Below, piece by piece: positions 53,181-64,000 of a stretch of 64,000 bases of DNA. The position numbers were made by a program, and so were the translations under genes. Source of the DNA: Balanoglossus misakiensis (taxonomy: Eukaryota > Animalia > Hemichordata). The notes beneath the pieces are model-generated. The model made no database searches. It saw only the letters and a program-made list of their open reading frames with translations, and was not told the origin of the DNA. The first letter of the stretch is position 1. Each line of letters starts with the position of its first letter. The DNA is taken from assembly GCA_040954595.2 (NCBI GenBank), contig CM082596.2:248001-312000 (forward strand). Reading direction: 5' to 3'.

Positions 53181-53229
53181 TCTCTCTCTCTCTCTCACTC
53201 TCTCTCTCTCTCTCGCTCATTCACTCTCT
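53181..53229. repeat. Imperfect (TC)n microsatellite in the last receptor intron
   Basis: tctctctctctctctcactctctctctctctctcgctcattcactctct. Confidence 0.95.
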
Positions 53230-55521
53230 ATACGTTTGTGTGTGCCATGCGAGCGTCACGCAACAATGTGAGAAAGTGACAAATTTCATAAAAAGTTTTC
53301 ATACCAAGCCGGGTGTAAAGACGAAATGAAGAAATCGACAAAAGTATTTTAACTTTATGTCACAGAAATAACTAAATTATAAGATATGATAACGGTATGG
53401 TTGTTAAGAAGAATATAAATTACTACATGTGTCCTACATGTAACTCCTTACGCTGGAATGAAGACATGTGATATTGTGATAAAACTAAAGCAGAAAATAG
53501 TTGTGCAAATTAACCCATGTACCTGCCTATCCAGAGCATGAACACACCAGGATTTCATGGAAACCAATGATGGAAATCTAAGACATTGAGGGCGATTGCA
53601 GTTTTATATAGGGTAATATATTCAGACTCAGGTTTTATGTTAGTAGTGAAAGTTTATACAGTAAACATGGCTAACACAGTGGATATTTACAGTTCTTTTA
53701 TCATGTTGTCATGGTTTACAACTACAGGTATATCACAATACTAAATTGCCCTTAACTTAGAAATTCGACGTAAAATTCATTGAATTTTTAACTGAACCCA
53801 TTATGGAATGTATGGTATGTGTAGTTAGTGTCAGGGACATTAGTATTTTACCGCTAACTTGATGTTGACATGCATGTTATTTGCAAAATTTATCTTTCTA
53901 TATATTCGGAACTCATGCTTTTTTGTTGAATGGATTGTAATTGGGAACTACCTTTATTCATATGTCTACTGTGTTTGTTGTACTGGTCATGTTGTTGCTT
54001 GTGTTGGCTTGCTTTATTATTGTTACGACAACACAGGTTAAACGCCCTTCGCCGACACATCATTAGAATTGTACTGTTGATGCAGAATTTGCAAAATATT
54101 AAGAAGCGAAGGGCATTGTCACTTAAAGCAGGCATTAAATATATGCATCCCGATATGACAATATAATTACTTACATTTCATACGCACAACAATTATACTT
54201 ATTCATTACTAGTAGCATTTCTTTGTGTAATGGTTAACTTTGGTTTCACACCCTCAAGACTTGATGGAATTAACCTCTATTGTTTAAGCAATGAATTGAA
54301 GTGCACATGCTTTTCAAGTTTCTCAGTGATGTCACTATTTTATCGTGGGTATTTTACTGTGAGATGTAGGCTTCTGGCAGATACTTTGAAAATAAATCAT
54401 GCCACAGAGGAAGATATGCTGCACTTTCAAGTATTATGCTGCATGCTGTGCAGTGAGTTCACCTCTTAACTAATTAACATTTTCTAGAGTTTAGTTGGTA
54501 CATCTGCATGGACATTTACACTGTATTTCAACTATAACGCATCTGTTATTAACGAATGCATGCACGAATTTTGCCACAGTAAATGTAACGGTGCTCTTTA
54601 TAGGCATGCAGTTTACCATGAGAAACATTGAATAACTTGTTAAAATGCTGTTCCGCAGTAACCGTATGGCCTAGATGTCAGAGATGCAACTAATGGGCTC
54701 TGTACCACAGCCATCTCCAAGTAGGCCCTGCAGTTGCTGGCAAAACAGTCCTATTCCAATCCCGAGTTGCAGTTCGGAATCATGTATTGCGCACACTCAG
54801 CAACCAATTAATGACCTAAGTCACTTTGAGCGTGCGCAGTACAGAATTTTTTTAGACAAAAAATATATACAAGCTTCGAATTGCACCAAGGGGTAGTATT
54901 TCTATGCACATAATCAGACAAGTGTTAACTATTTTGAGACACTTTTGCAACCGTGCAATACCTGTATGGATAGTTTTGGTTGTATATGGTGATACCTTTT
55001 GTCTTGTGTATGAACTTTAGGGGAACGAGACGACCTTAAACAAGGTATACAGATGCTGCAAATTCTTCTAAAGCATCACAAAAGAAAGAAAAACATAGCA
55101 AGGTTTAATCAAGAAATAAATCATCCATTAATTTGGTTATTGGATTCATGCAGGGGTTCTCTACAACTCAAACTGCATTGTGGGAGTTATTCTGGCAGTT
55201 CTGGTCAACAACACAGCGGTCATTGTGCATATAAACCAACCACCTTGTGCATTTAACTACAAACTAACATAAGCTTCATAACAGCGCGTTAGTGACGAAA
55301 CCTGTGCTAGTTCTACATGTATCACAATTCACATCCAGTCAATAATTGTAATTGTGTCTTATATTTGTTTGGACTGGAGGTGTTGTGTTGTGATAAAACC
55401 ATTTTCACAGTGATGTGCAGTTTTCTCGCTAAAGAGTGGAAAAGAATTAACAACATGATGTCTTGTCGACGTCCACTGAACACAGACTTTGCATGCAAAA
55501 TGCGAGCAAAACGAAACTCAC

Positions 55522-55702
55522 CTCAATTCCTTACATATATTGGTACTGAACAGTCCGTATATTATGGGATTTGTGGCGCTGTTCAAAGATGGGAGATTCT
55601 GCACAATAATATGGATCTTGGTGGTGCTGTCATTCTTCGGCAATAATCCATAGACTTCCAAGATAATCCATAATGTAAATGGACTCCAACACAGTATGAA
55701 TG
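55522..55702 (-). CDS. NPSR1: NPS/CCAP-type receptor coding exon 7 (TM6, ECL3, TM7, helix 8)
   Basis: aaatag|(S)FILCWSPFTLWIILEVYGLLPKNDSTTKIHIIVQNLPSLNSATNPIIYGLFSTNICKEL-AG|gtgag, 181 nt, phase 1/2. CWxP and NPxxY motifs. Not in the ORF track. Confidence 0.97.
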
Positions 55703-55875
55703 CTATTTGCCAATAAATGAAATTTTAGTTATGAATGATATAGGGTGAGCTATACTGAAATTGGTATAAAAATCACCAGAGTCACACACACCCACAAATA
55801 TACCTGCATACCTGCACACATATAGATACACATACGTACGTACATACAAATATCTAGACAACAATTTATACTCAC

Positions 55876-55998
55876 ATACAACAATGCACAGTGTCATTTT
55901 AATCGTTTTAATCTTTGCCTTCGGTATTAATCCTCGAGAGCTGGCACGACTCTTGCAACTGATTGCAGCTCCCTTGTTTGTCGAGCTCTTATAGATAC
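55876..55998 (-). CDS. NPSR1: NPS/CCAP-type receptor coding exon 6 (ICL3, start of TM6)
   Basis: ttgtgtttag|(G)IYKSSTNKGAAISCKSRASSRGLIPKAKIKTIKMTLCIVV-T|gtgag, 123 nt, phase 1/1. RASSRG.IP.AKIKT.KMT motif shared by CCAP/NPS/vasopressin-family receptors. Confidence 0.96.
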
Positions 55999-56202
55999 CT
56001 AAACACAAGAAACATGTGAATAATTAGTATTTTAAAACAGTCACTTGAACAAAATATTTCACCCAACTTTGAACTTAATGTGTAGTGTTAGGAATGGCCC
56101 ATAATAATCAGCCTTACTCGACTATCAGATATCACAGAGTACACCCTCTCTCAATCGATATCAGTGTATACTTTGTTTTACTATAATAAAAGTTTGGCTT
56201 GC

Positions 56203-56499
56203 CGTTTTTCTCATTGTCCTTTGCTGATCTTCTCTTTGGTGGAACCAACATTTTGCTCTTTTGCCAAATTGTGTAGATAATGATGGAATAACACGCTGTG
56301 ATGATGACCAGTGGAATGAAAAACAACAGGAAGGCCAACACTACTATGTATGGCTTCATAGAGGATTGGCCGGGCAGAACAAGCCAACATTGGACTTCCC
56401 CGTTCAGTAAAACCTTCTCCTGGAAAAATATGGGACTTGGTATTGCCAGGACCAATGCAACTACCCACATTACTATGACCATTATTGTGGAGCGGTTAT
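56203..56499 (-). CDS. NPSR1: NPS/CCAP-type receptor coding exon 5 (TM4, ECL2, TM5, ICL3)
   Basis: gttttag|(D)NRSTIMVIVMWVVALVLAIPSPIFF...NGEVQCW...PYIVVLAFLLFFIPLVIITACYSIIIYTIWQKSK...KDNEKN-G|gcaagc, 297 nt. The NGEVQCW ECL2 motif is typical of NPSR. The 3' boundary (GC donor) is less certain than the rest. Confidence 0.93.
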
Positions 56500-56959
56500 C
56501 TAAAACACGCAAAAGCAAAAAAGACCATTATGTTTAAGTTGTATGAACAAGATCTATAAAGAAACATTAATGAAATATAAGGAGATTCATCTGTCTCTGT
56601 ATAACTATGGGGAAAAGTACTTTCACATCCATGCAGCTTCATTTCTTTATTCTATGCCTAAAAGTACCAATAGTGTTATATGTAACACTATCACCTCATG
56701 GGGTGTATGCTGAATGTGTTTTCCATTTTCAGCACACAGTGAACCCTCGTATCACCCATATTTATCGTGTTTACCACAGACACGTACTTAGTCCCTACTT
56801 TGCGAGTGGTGGGTACTTATCGCAGACACCAAATGTGTTATGTTTGGCAGCAAAGATACGAAGGAAGAACAGATATTACTTGTGAACTGATTTTGCGAAA
56901 TAGTGACTGAACACACCTTTCAAGATTAAAAGTGTTCCTTTTATATCGCCTATACTTAC

Positions 56960-57053
56960 CACTCCCAGAGAAATTCATCGGGTGTACAATAGCATCGTAG
57001 CGGTCGATGCTTAAAGCAACTAACTGATAAGTAGATGCGTAAACCACCGTTGC
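56960..57053 (-). CDS. NPSR1: NPS/CCAP-type receptor coding exon 4 (TM3, DRY, ICL2)
   Basis: ctcctag|[32 protein letters not shown]|gtaag, 94 nt, phase 0/1. [18 protein letters not shown] motif. Confidence 0.98.
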
Positions 57054-57329
57054 CTAGGAGAAAAATAATCATTGGCATACATTAAATATAACCTATATTG
57101 ACATCTTATCATAACACTTGCATCTCACTGACAAAAAAAACCTGTAACTTGAAGGTTTGGATCACAAAATCTATGAAAATGTTACATACATCCATACATG
57201 TAAAAGTAAAAATGCCCTGCATTGATTAAAGGCTAAAGTACTGTACATGTAGTGTGTAGCGGCAACAATAATTTTGATAAAAAACACACCATAGACACTG
57301 TAACAGTTATCATAGACACTGGAACATAC

Positions 57330-57433
57330 CTGCATATACCTAAGTAACTTGCAAACGACTTCTCCGCCATAAAAGTCAGAAGTATATCTATGCACAAGGT
57401 CCGGGAAAATGTTTAAGAGCCCGACTGACAAAT
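57330..57433 (-). CDS. NPSR1: NPS/CCAP-type receptor coding exon 3 (TM2, ECL1, start of TM3)
   Basis: tttttcag|(D)LSVGLLNIFPDLVHRYTSDFYGGEVVCKLLRYMQ|gtatgt, 104 nt, phase 1/0. Contains the conserved TM3 disulfide Cys. Confidence 0.97.
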
Positions 57434-59245
57434 CTGAAAAACATAATATACTGTGTGTGTGATTTCATTCCTTTGGTATTTTTGATTCCCCACACAGTAT
57501 TGGGGCTGAGACCGCATATAATTTCCTTCCATGAAAACTTCATTTCAATCGAACAAGTTGCAATTGCAACGAACAAGTTTCATTAAAGTCCATGATATTT
57601 CTTTTACAAGTATTTTTTGTCCCCAAACAAGAAGATCAACAATGATATTAAGCAAATATCCGCGCTAACGTTTAAGTGATATGTAAAATCTAAATGCCGT
57701 GATGGGTAGTCTTTCATAATTGTTTGCTAAAATGAGAAACAAAAGTACTTTTTAAATATAGCTGAGACAGGTTGGCAGTGTTTCAAACATCACAATTGCT
57801 GAAGGCAACAGTTAATGATTTACGATGCTTGCAATAATTACATCTCTTGGGTAGAACATCTCTACTAAAGACACGTCCTGTTTACAAAGAATGAATGTCA
57901 AAATGTGCGTCATCTTCCTATTTTCTAATCAGGTGCACAATATATTCACTCAACACTTGCCGTCATACATTTTAATGTTCTGGGGTGACCTTGAGGTCAC
58001 CAGCACATGTTTTCATTACATGAGAAAATCCTGTCTTAAGCCATCTAAAAATCCTATCCATAAATTAATAAAATAACCAAGTACATGAAACAATGAGAAA
58101 AAACAACAATCAGAGCAAGGTCATCTTGATTAGCTGACATGTGGTGGCACCAGCTGTCCAAAACAGACAAGTACGTGCAAGCTACATCTGTAAAGAGTGC
58201 CCTAAAAGTTACAGAATCAGCCAGTGATGGAGTGAAGTCACTGATCACTCTTTTGAGAATCATGGCAAACTGTACTTTCACCTAGTGGTAAAAGTTGCTT
58301 CACTGTTCAGAAAGAGGGGCTACAGCAACATGTGGCTCAGATATTGCTATTCAGCAATAAGCAAGCCACATGATGACGTGTTCGAATTATTACTTTCATA
58401 ACTTTAATATGCGTTTTTGCTATTCAAACAAAACCATTATCGAGAAACTTGCCAGAGCTAACAGTCATAAACTATAAATCACTGATGAATTCAAATGAGA
58501 GAAAGATAGACTTTTCCGTTTTCCTTCTCCATAAATCAACACAGCAGTTTAGACCAACTGGTGAGCAAGAAATTATTAAGTCGGATTTGTTTCTCATCAT
58601 CAATCAGTGCCATGCATGTCAAGAGTCTTGCGTTAAAAACTGAGATTGTTCAAAAGTGCATTTGATGATCTTATCATTCGTCTACTTCTTTTGATTGCGT
58701 CTTCAATGACTCTAAAGACAATTGCAGTGCTGTTCTTCAGAATATATAAATGGTGATACTCTTTAAATAATACATTTGCGTAGAACTGAGAAGAAAATCA
58801 ACCTTTCTTTTAGGTATTGTATGTAAAGCTACACTTGAAGACATGGTGGGAAAATGCTATGCTTTATTCCTTGTTACAATGTGGTTCGGAATGGAGCTAC
58901 ATGATGGCAAACAGGTCATAACGGTCCTTCGATAAAGTGACGTTAAATCAGTGTAGGCTAATATTACGACAGATAAACTTGCAAAGTCACACTGCCAGTG
59001 ATATCAATCTCTTATTGTCAGAAAGGAAATTGAATCACTGTCTAGAACAGTTGAAGGAAATCACTCGGCACACTTTGGAGTAAATGTAGATTTTTGACTT
59101 CATGAATATTAAAAAGTAAGCACTGTGACATTTCTCCTGAGTAAACTTCATGCAGAAATGGTGAATAATCTTACTGGTACAACCAGGTGTATCTACATGT
59201 ACATTTATGTAAATAAAGCACTTTAGTTTAGGAACACTTACTTAC

Positions 59246-59381
59246 CTGCAATGGCCAAATTCATTATAAAGAAGTTCATTCTTGACTTCTTATGCCTGAC
59301 AAGACACACAGACACTAGCACGATGGAGTTGCCGATCACAACGAAGACAAATAGAACCCATAATGTTATTAATTGTTCCGT
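59246..59381 (-). CDS. NPSR1: NPS/CCAP-type receptor coding exon 2 (TM1, ICL1, start of TM2)
   Basis: tttgcag|TEQLITLWVLFVFVVIGNSIVLVSVCLVRHKKSRMNFFIMNLAIA-G|gtaag, 136 nt, phase 0/1. TEQLITLWVLF...GNS...KKSRM is the NPSR/CCAPR TM1 signature. Not in the ORF track. Confidence 0.97.
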
Positions 59382-62006
59382 CTGCAAATCAGAACACATA
59401 CACAAGTATCAGTAATCTCTCTGTAAGAAAAGCTCTTTTCGAACACCTCCGCTTGTTTATTATACTCATCCTTTGCAATTTAACCCTCAATAAATGAACG
59501 ATTTTTTTAATGATCGAGTATGCTCCTCTCGCAAAATTCATAAACATTGCTGCGTATCTCGCACACATTTTATTTTATTAAGTGAACATGAAAGAGACGT
59601 AGCAAATTACGTTCATGTGAGATGATAACACCTTTGATGTCTGTGAATTTTGACAGACAAAGAGTCAAAGATTGAATGAGTCTACAGAGACAAGTACACC
59701 AGCTTATGCAAAAACATCACGATTCTGTGTCATTAGTATTTTTGAAGACTACTGTAAACAGGAAAATGAACTGCGAATGACATCATTGCCATAACGTCTT
59801 ACACCATCTGGGTTTGTTCAAAACACGTTGATAAACACATTTCACTGCTTGTAAGAGCCTCATTGTGTCATGTTGCCCGTACTCAATTAACTCCAAATGA
59901 TTTCAGAAGAGGCAATGAAGAAAGTTAAAATAGATGGGGTACTTTAACGACATGATTTGAATTTAGCGGAAGACAACAATTTCCCTGATTAAGTCAAAAT
60001 TCACGGTAGTTTCTCAGCAGGAAACACCATGCAAGGAATTTCCATGGCCCAAAAGACGTGTAACCTAACTTCTCACGGTGCGCCAATTGTCATCTAAATC
60101 AAGAATTACACATAATTTTAACCCTACCTGAGGTTTCATCTGAAGGAAAGTAAGCGAACACAAGTAAATATCGTCGTAGTCAACATAGTTTGTTGGTATA
60201 ATTGATGACGTCTTGAGCCGATAATGACGGCATGTTTCAATGAACGTGCTTCACATGGATATGAGTCTCATGTTACTTAGATTATACTCAAAGCGAAGAC
60301 GTTTCCTTGCTTTAGGGGTTTTGCTTGTGTATTGATTTCACCAACCAAATGACACTGATTATAGATTTAACATTATTGAAACAATGCTGATGTGATAATA
60401 AGATGGCATTTGGGGCATATTTTTCCAGACACACCTTTGTTATCATATGTATCTTCTTTTGTGATAAACAAAAATACAACAAACGATCAATGGATTGCAT
60501 AAACTGACTCTGTCAGATGGGCAGAAAACTGAAATGTGTGATCATTATCTTTCATCTTCTAACTAAACAAAATACGACTGTTGCTCCCAATGATAGATAC
60601 CCACAGCCATAAGCAGCTCACATACCAATTAGTACATCTAAGCAAGAACATTTGACAAAGGGCGCACGCACGGAGCTACAATAACAACAGCAGTTGCGAC
60701 AAACACTTAGCCCAGAAGATCATTTAGCACGTTAGGATTCCATATCATTTGTCACTCTGTCACATGAGATGTCTGGCTCTGATTTCTTTGAGGTTGCAGT
60801 AACAACCTTCCAGGTGTTTAACTGGCGAATATGCAAACATCTATAACAAGTAGCAAACTTCTTCAGGCAAATTTCACTTACAGGAAGTAGATTACCCGCC
60901 TCATCATTGTACAAGGCACATGGGGTTTTTTGCTTAATGTAAAAGCGGTGAAGGGGTACCTCATGAATACTGTTCATCTCACTGCTTGTTATCATGTCAG
61001 TGCTTAAGGCTACTGCACTGTAACTAGAGACTCAGGGAAATGTTCACGGTATCACAAAATGGTGCAGAATCAGTCTTAACTATAAATCTGCTAGACAGGT
61101 ATAGGTCTGCAAAACAGTTGTGTATATAACTTAAGAAACTTGGAGTGTGTGGAAATGTCTTGGGACTTGGCTGCGTTATTCATTTACAAATAAAATGTGT
61201 TTTCTCAGCAAGGAATTTATATAGTTTACTACAGGTGCCATATCTGTAATTGTTTTTAAATGAATAACCTGTCAGCTTTCCCCTTCAACAAATATAGTAT
61301 GTGTCCATGTTTGTCTGGTAATTTCACTCAGCTGTTATCAAAATGTGTTTATGACTTATTTCAAAAGAGAGTCGGGCTTTTGTCATGATTTATTAGTCAT
61401 TTGTGATCAGTGGCACCTTGGTGTTTATTGAACATTTAGGTTTTTATTCAAAGAGCGCTTGCTAATAACAAAGTCGTAGTTATTGTATCACTTGTTTTAG
61501 TATTATTTGTGAGAAAATTAATACTATTGAATAGGTCATGACATAACGAACTTTATGTTGTACATCAAACTACGCCGAATTTATAGTACCAGTGTGAATA
61601 TTGGTCAATGATGTTATGATACAGCATACTTATAATTTATAACTGCACTGTTTAAACAGGTAAACGATTTGAGAAACATATGGCAAAATATAGTGTCAAT
61701 CTACCATACTATTGGTTGGCCATGTTCTGTTTGTATGGATATCAGAACTTCTTGCAGCTTATTTTCTCCATTGGAAATCCCCAGAGAAAATGTGCTAAAA
61801 TGTGGGATTAATTGATAGAATATTTGTGTATTTTAATTTAGGTATTACATGGCCATTTTTAAAGTCCAGGGATTGTATATTAACAGCTAGAGTTGAACTA
61901 TGGCCTGTATTGAAGAATGCCAAAATATGTGGAATAGTAGTCTGAATACAACGCAATGCAACAAAACACAACACAACACCTGCAGCAAATGTGATAGATT
62001 ACGTAC

Positions 62007-62138
62007 CAGATATTGAGAGTAGACTGACTGTCCAGCTTTATTACCAGGCGTTGCATCGGTAGAATTCCATGTCTGATTAAAAAGGGTCGTGTTAATGGAG
62101 GTCACTGTCGAAGGGAGGTATTCGATTTCGCCCATCAT
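62007..62138 (-). CDS. NPSR1: NPS/CCAP/NG-peptide receptor, coding exon 1 (extracellular N-terminus)
   Basis: Reads MMGEIEYLPSTVTSINTTLFNQTWNSTDATPGNKAGQSVYSQYL (132 nt, 44 aa) with three N-glycosylation sequons (NTT, NQT, NST). It ends at a phase-0 donor CTG|gtacgt that joins in frame to TEQLITLW. Confidence 0.85.
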
Positions 62139-62289
62139 GGACTTGCGTGTCAGCGACAGATCCAGTGATGACCAATTAGGATTTGGTTTCGTATCGTACA
62201 GCACGATATTGTGGTAATTAGCAACTTGTTCAAGCCAACGGCATCAGTGACATCCCGGTATACTCTATTTTACTGCACCGATTTCACGC
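62139..62289 (-). other. 5'UTR part of the first coding exon (an upstream non-coding exon is implied)
   Basis: Strong acceptor cttctttcatttcag| immediately 5' of 62289 on the minus strand. In-frame stop upstream of the ATG. Confidence 0.6.
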
Positions 62290-64000
62290 CTGAAATGAAA
62301 GAAGTATTTGGTGAGAACACATCAATTGGCTGACAGGTTTGAACAGGTACTGAACTTGAAATGTTAATCGTCAAAGCGTCTTTCGACATGTAACAGCTGA
62401 AGTCTAAACTTTCAATTGACTTCCTTTCATTTCACAATACATACAATTGTAGACGATGCGTGTATATATTAAACATGATCAACAGCAAAATCTCGTGGAC
62501 ACAGAGAAAACAAGAAAAAACAAAAAGGGCATCCGAGCCCATGCCAACAAACATACCTTACAGGATACTATTTGATCTGAAAACTATACCAAATCCGAAT
62601 CAACTAATTGGATATTACAGGGTCTAAAAGTGGATGAATTGTGAACGGATGAAGTGATAGACAAATACCTGTTGTCCCTGTTATGCACATGAACTGAATA
62701 CGAAGCGTGCTTATTGTCATATGCTTAGCGGCATGACGGGAGAAATACTATGCGTAGGCCTGCCTTTAATGTTTCTTTTTATGACGCAATTTGGCGGGGT
62801 TTGCATTGTAGGGCTTATTGACAGCTGCTTAGCGTGTGTATGGTCACGACGCAATTGGTGGATGTAAGCCGAGTAGCAGTGGGTCAATTATACTACAGTA
62901 ACACGGAAATATATCAACATACTTCGACCTCCTCATATAATATACAACACAGAGGAATGAATAACGCAAGCCAATTTGAAATCATAAAACAGAATCATAA
63001 TAATTTATGTAGTATCTATGCTCCAGTTATTTATTTTTCTACTTTGTACTCAAATTAAAATGTACAGATGACTCATTCACTATGGTATACAGCATAGCAG
63101 GTAGCTACAATGTACACCACACTTACACTATTCCTCTGCACGTTTTTTTCACTGCCTCCGAAGTACGTTTTGATGGCCGGGATGCATGCTTTTCTTGGCA
63201 GCTATGAACTTTTGTGTTCCAAAGATAACACGCTTGAGTCAACACTTCACCGTGTGTAAATTACGCACTGTGAAAAGGAACTAACACTAATAGGCTAATT
63301 TCATTGATTTGAAACATGAATAGCATGTATCTTTCCAGAAAGGTGGCTCGTATTTTCCATTATGTCTGATAAAATATTAGTTGTGCGTTGGCGGGAAGGT
63401 AAAAGAAGTTCATTTTCGTCGGTGCGGTTTGGAAATACAAACTGACTTCAGAAATGCGGCAAAGGAGGAACCAGTAAAGGAAAGTGCGCTTCTCATCAGT
63501 TGCTATCTCTATATTGGAATTTCTTTGACTTGTACATTGGGTTTTAAAGTTCAAAGGCACGAGAAATGACTCTGACATAGTCAGAACTCATTGGCTGCAG
63601 TACCATCATATTGAATAATTACACTAATTATACCCAGGATAAAACAGCGAACAAATGGTGAATATTTCTATACCTTTAGCAATATTGTTACAGAAATATT
63701 TTCTCCCTCTTTCCGTATTAAAAATCAAAAGTATGACAATGGGAAAATGACCTTTAGTGAGATATACCCTACAAATATCTCCAAAATGACTTCAACGATT
63801 TTGGAAAAGGGATTCAGCCTTCGGGTGCAGTTTCATAAAATCATTTTTGTTTGTCGAAATGCTAATAAACTGCAATATGTACCGTCTGTACTATATTAGT
63901 GCCCTGGGGTAGTCATTACATTCCAGTCATTGTTGGATGCTATTATTGTTGGGAATAAGTCCATTTTCAATGAATTTTGCTGGAATTAGTGGCCATTATA

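Noticed and set aside
53859-55646. Plus-strand ORFs within the receptor's last intron and antisense to its exons
   Set aside because: Low-complexity or shadow ORFs with no motifs.
1-64000. NG-peptide/neurophysin or vasopressin precursor gene next to the receptor
   Set aside because: I saw no NGFxxG-KR, CxxxNCPxG-KR or Cys-rich neurophysin coding sequence. NNNGFL at ~9.8 and ~14.4 kb lacks dibasic/amidation context.

Overview
AT-rich animal genomic DNA. It is probably an invertebrate deuterostome (hemichordate/echinoderm/amphioxus-like); this is inferred from the receptor sequence and not proven. The one clear gene is a minus-strand, 8-coding-exon rhodopsin-class GPCR of the neuropeptide S / CCAP / NG-peptide receptor family. 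Its CDS runs 62138 to 52853 (1275 nt, 424 aa), probably includes one GC-AG intron, and is followed by a ~2.45 kb 3'UTR ending near 50.39 kb. Just downstream (47.5-50.2 kb) is a nest of repeats: a ~0.6-0.8 kb tandem duplication, two different MITEs, and three copies of what looks like a promoter plus first coding exon. Positions 1-47.5 kb hold no recognisable protein-coding gene. They contain microsatellites, possible decayed transposon/HMG-box fragments and several candidate non-coding exons on the minus strand. I found no prokaryote-type systems (CRISPR, operons), no confident RNA genes, and nothing I can claim as a new biological system.
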